Origin: Candidatus Bathyarchaeota archaeon
GTDB taxonomy: Archaea > Thermoproteota > Bathyarchaeia > Bathyarchaeales > Bathycorpusculaceae
Reading direction: 5' to 3'
DNA: 64,000 bases
Assembly (NCBI GenBank): GCA_963811105.1
Contig: CAWEPZ010000011.1
Location: 704,001-768,000, forward strand
Part shown: positions 61,671 through 64,000 of the stretch, one piece after another
How positions within the stretch are numbered: position 1 is the first letter of the stretch
Layout of the letters: the number at the start of each line of letters is the position of its first letter
Position numbers and translations under genes: made by a program
The notes under the pieces: generated by a model
What the model saw: only the letters and a program-made list of their open reading frames with translations
The model's database searches: none
Told to the model about the DNA's origin: nothing

Positions 61671-62905
61671 GCTGCATCTTGCTGGTTTTGTTTATTTTCT
61701 AACCAATTTCTAGATTTCATCATAGTTTTTCCTGCAAACTTTATCGACAATGCATCCTCATAAGGGCAAATTTCTACACACCTTGCACATAGAATACACC
61801 GGGATTCCGTTACGTCGCCACCTTTTTTATCAAAAACGTCGGTGGCTTGGGTGGGGCAAACACGTTTGCATACGCCACATTTTGTGCATTTATGTTCGTT
61901 CTTGATTAAGCGGGTCAAGGCGATTTGTTTGAAGGGTGTGAAAGTGCTGAATAGACCTGTCAATGCGCCCAGTGGGCAGATTCTGCACCAGAACCGCCTG
62001 TATGCCAACGCTAAGATGGTAACTGCGATGAGGACTGCAATATTTATAGATGTCAGATAAAAGCCCGAAATCCAGAAAGGACCGTAGACTATTTGCGAGA
62101 TGTATGAATAATGTATTGAGCCAATCGCGGCTTCTATTGCTATGCAGAGTGGCCTCATGGGGCAAACAAGGCAAAATGGTTCGTTTATGTTGCTTACGAT
62201 GCCCGCTTCCGCTCCTTGAGGGCCACCGGCTATGGTTCCAGGGATAAGTTCAGCGCCAAAAATTGCGTAGGAAGCAAAAAGTACGCTTAAAATTAAAAAT
62301 GTAGCAATAATGATGTAGCGTGATTGCCCAAGTGCTGTGTTTGTTTTTTCGGAGAAAGTTAGGTGTCGTCTCCTTACCACTTTGCGAATTCTTGTTAGAA
62401 CATCCTGGTACAAACCGAAGGGACAGAGCCAACCACAGAAAAACCGCCCTAAAATGATGGACGCTACGATTACTAGGCCTAGGACTATACCTATTTTTTC
62501 TAGTCCTGAGGTAGAGTAGAGGACTTCGTAGCCTCTTGGGTAATTCCAAAGGGGAAAAATGTAGGCTTGGAGCTGCCAGATTGGGCAGGTAACGGTTCGT
62601 CCGTTAGGATAGTAGCAGGCTAGAACAGGAAAGGAGATGCCGTCTGGAAACTGGTTGCCAAGTAGGTTAGCACCGACTAGGTGGTCTCGTGGTGAAGGTC
62701 CTAAGGGCAAAAATGCGGGTAGGTTGAAGGGACCAATTATTATCCCCATGAATATGGCGACGACTGCTGCTATTTGAATGAAAAGGCGTAAAGAACTAAC
62801 TTTTCTTGTTCGGTCTTTAGATAGTCTATAGATAAGAAGAATACCTATGGCTAATAGTATGACGTAAACAGGCAGCACTATGTTTATTGGAGTTTCCGTC
62901 ACCAT
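61667..62905 (-). CDS. NapH/MauN-type membrane 4Fe-4S protein
   Basis: GRFFCGWLCPFG, RFWCRICPLG, CTKCGVCKRVCP, CILCARCVEICP. Confidence 0.88.
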   Translation of the reverse strand: MVTETPINIVLPVYVILLAIGILLIYRLSKDRTRKVSSLRLFIQIAAVVAIFMGIIIGPFNLPAFLPLGPSPRDHLVGANLLGNQFPDGISFPVLACYYPNGRTVTCPIWQLQAYIFPLWNYPRGYEVLYSTSGLEKIGIVLGLVIVASIILGRFFCGWLCPFGLYQDVLTRIRKVVRRRHLTFSEKTNTALGQSRYIIIATFLILSVLFASYAIFGAELIPGTIAGGPQGAEAGIVSNINEPFCLVCPMRPLCIAIEAAIGSIHYSYISQIVYGPFWISGFYLTSINIAVLIAVTILALAYRRFWCRICPLGALTGLFSTFTPFKQIALTRLIKNEHKCTKCGVCKRVCPTQATDVFDKKGGDVTESRCILCARCVEICPYEDALSIKFAGKTMMKSRNWLENKQNQQDAA

Positions 62906-62907
62906 TG

Positions 62908-63630
62908 CTAAGCCGCACCTCCGTTTTTAGGAATATGTATGAGCTCGCTCAATTTATTCCGCCATACAATAACGGTTGCGATCATGACTGTTAGAACAAC
63001 TGCAATTGCTACCGAAATGGCCACTGAATGCTGTAGGTAAAAGGGCAAATTTGTGTCCAAAGCCCCGCTAAAAAAATAATGTGTAATGGTCAAATTGCCG
63101 GTCAATTTATACACCGTTATGGTGCCATCGTTTCCCATATTCCAGTCGTGCCCTTGAGCCGGGAACAGGGTGGAGTTTGTTTGGCGTTTCGTTACGGACC
63201 AATCCCCGCCATTCCAAATTCCTTCTTCTGAAAGCCCAAGGTTCACCATCAGCTTACCTTCCCCCTCAATTCTGTAGCTTAATGTTTCACTTGGAAGTGT
63301 TCCATTTCGAGTTCGGTATGAAGTAACTGTCACGTTAGAGTTTTCTGCTGAGATTTTTAGTGTTGCAAGCGGCACTGATCCGTTAAGCCGCAAATCCGTA
63401 AAAACCCAAACACTATTTTGCAAAGTTGCAGTGTCGTATGAGCCGTTTCCGCCAAAACTGATTGTGCAATTATTCGCTGGAATGCTAAATCTATCCGGAC
63501 CGGTGAAATTTACGCGTTCTTGTGCCTGAGCGCTTGGAAAAATAAGTGAAGCAAGAAAGACGGCGGCTATTAGGGAAATTACAATAGAAAACTTGCTACG
63601 ACTGCTTCCTATCCCCCAACTCGGTGCCAT
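62908..63630 (-). CDS. Hypothetical surface protein
   Basis: Signal peptide, beta-rich core, C-terminal TM; co-oriented and abutting the NapH-like gene. Confidence 0.65.
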   Translation of the reverse strand: MAPSWGIGSSRSKFSIVISLIAAVFLASLIFPSAQAQERVNFTGPDRFSIPANNCTISFGGNGSYDTATLQNSVWVFTDLRLNGSVPLATLKISAENSNVTVTSYRTRNGTLPSETLSYRIEGEGKLMVNLGLSEEGIWNGGDWSVTKRQTNSTLFPAQGHDWNMGNDGTITVYKLTGNLTITHYFFSGALDTNLPFYLQHSVAISVAIAVVLTVMIATVIVWRNKLSELIHIPKNGGAA

Positions 63631-63729
63631 GATAATTTGTTGCTAACGTTTGGTTATAAGGCTTTTCAGCGTTACCCAACTAGTTATTTACAAATGAGTT
63701 AAAATCTAGAGCATAAAAATGAGAAAACA

Positions 63730-63978
63730 ATGAAAGCAGTGAATATTGACGAGTTAAAATCACTCCCGAAAGATGTAGTCGCTATATCAGCCAAACACCT
63801 TTCTGCCGGCGATATCGATTTTCTTGTTCAAACCTTAACTGAAAAAGATGACTCAACCAGATATAACGCATTTTTACTTTTGCAAGCCAATTCAGCAGAG
63901 TTTCCTTTTGTCTATAGATATTGGAAGGAACTGGTATTAAAAAATGGGAAAGTGCAAACTCTTGTCAACGAAGTTTAG
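63730..63978 (+). CDS. Hypothetical helical-repeat-like protein, probably truncated or frameshifted
   Basis: LVQTLTEKDDSTRYNAFLLL HEAT-like segment; an alternative frame continues ESANSCQRSL. Confidence 0.4.
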   Translation: MKAVNIDELKSLPKDVVAISAKHLSAGDIDFLVQTLTEKDDSTRYNAFLLLQANSAEFPFVYRYWKELVLKNGKVQTLVNEV

Positions 63979-64000
63979 ATTTTATGTATATTCCCCAAAA

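Overview
Archaeal chromosome segment, most consistent with Bathyarchaeia (TACK); this is inferred from the ribosomal proteins, Alba, RPA and the paralogous surface beta-propeller proteins. Bases 1-29.9 kb are mainly core genome: the start of the uL22-uS3-uL29-Rnp1-uS17-uL14 operon, hydrogenase maturation genes hypE and hypFCD, a nonsense-interrupted acyl-CoA ligase, tRNA-Met(CAT) with a non-canonical intron, Hsp20, RPA, ilvD, cimA/leuA, Alba, Mrp and tRNA-Ala(TGC). A mosaic accessory region starts immediately downstream of tRNA-Ala. It holds three relics of the same tyrosine-integrase 3' end and 5-6 copies of an unannotated ~55-bp element (A-rich tract, GGGTG-N3-TCTCCAC box, tRNA T-loop hairpin). 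These elements separate unrelated cargo blocks, which suggests a tRNA-anchored, cassette-like accretion array. Cargo includes an IS701-disrupted SF1 helicase-PLD fusion, and a B12 radical SAM enzyme with a PqqD/RRE-like tail next to a candidate precursor peptide (possible archaeal RiPP). The last 18 kb carry orphan histidine kinases, redox and surface proteins and several pseudogene fragments. All calls come from reading the sequence; no searches were run.
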